Assembly: GCA_002633005.1 (NCBI GenBank)
Contig: NMRA01000124.1
Span: forward strand, 62,001 to 126,000
DNA from: Phoronis australis
Taxonomy: Eukaryota > Animalia > Phoronida
Length of the DNA stretch: 64,000 nt
Direction of reading: 5' to 3'
In this document: positions 63,710-64,000 of the stretch, in pieces
Numbering within the stretch: position 1 is the stretch's first letter
Layout of the letters: every line of letters starts with the position of its first letter
Made by a program: the position numbers and the translations under genes
The notes under the pieces: generated by a model
What the model was told of the DNA's origin: nothing
What the model saw: only the letters and a program-made list of their open reading frames with translations
Databases searched by the model: none

Positions 63710-63849
63710 CTCTATGAAGATGGGTGATGATGGGTTCTTCTTGTAAAAGATGGCTTTCGTCCCCCACTGGGGGTCAACACTGCCTTTCACCACAGGTGTC
63801 CTCACAGACTCCTTCTCACAACGCATGATCACAAACGGGTCAGTTGTTC
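63710..63849 (-). CDS. CAPN5: Calpain-5/TRA-3-like protease, penultimate exon (C2 domain); gene continues beyond the window
   Basis: ttcag|(G)TTDPFVIMRCEKESVRTPVVKGSVDPQWGTKAIFYKKNPSSPIFIE|gtaata; matches the CAPN5 pattern YVIIKCE..VRS.V.KG..P....IFYRK...PI; in phase with the terminal exon. Confidence 0.88.
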
Positions 63850-64000
63850 CTGAATTTGTAAAGAGATACGGACAAAATTACGGAAAACACAAAATACTTC
63901 AGCTGAAAATATGACAAATTTCCCCAACGCTCCGTATCTGTCAACTGAGCCCTTAGGAGAAATAATTCTGTGAGCTTATGGGCAAATTACCGAGTAGTAA

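Overview
Eukaryotic, AT-rich, intron-containing animal genomic DNA. It looks like a highly heterozygous invertebrate draft assembly, with single-N gaps at 2650, 18508, 39201 and 40193; the species cannot be fixed from sequence alone. Main content: (1) a complete 16-coding-exon FER/FES-family tyrosine kinase gene (F-BAR, SH2, kinase; about 906 aa; + strand, CDS 32953-56170) with a likely CCAAT/CRE/ETS promoter and non-coding first exon near 25.5 kb; (2) the last two coding exons of a convergent calpain-5/TRA-3-like gene (C2 domain, - strand); (3) two divergently oriented single-coding-exon genes (2759-3589 minus, 22339-22809 plus) that share a gapless 41-aa coiled-coil motif resembling CCDC190; (4) many mobile elements, including a decayed CR1/L2-group LINE, a Kolobok-like THAP element made of two inverted 5' ends, a young Penelope 3' end with an intact GIY-YIG C-terminus and a U3-A8 variant minimal hammerhead ribozyme, several MITEs and tRNA-derived SINEs; (5) two N-flanked near-identical duplications (1.4 kb and 2.2 kb, the latter duplicating FER exon 3) that are most likely uncollapsed haplotypes broken at heterozygous retroelement insertions; (6) a 56-bp minisatellite with higher-order structure. 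No prokaryotic-type systems such as CRISPR arrays or operons are present.
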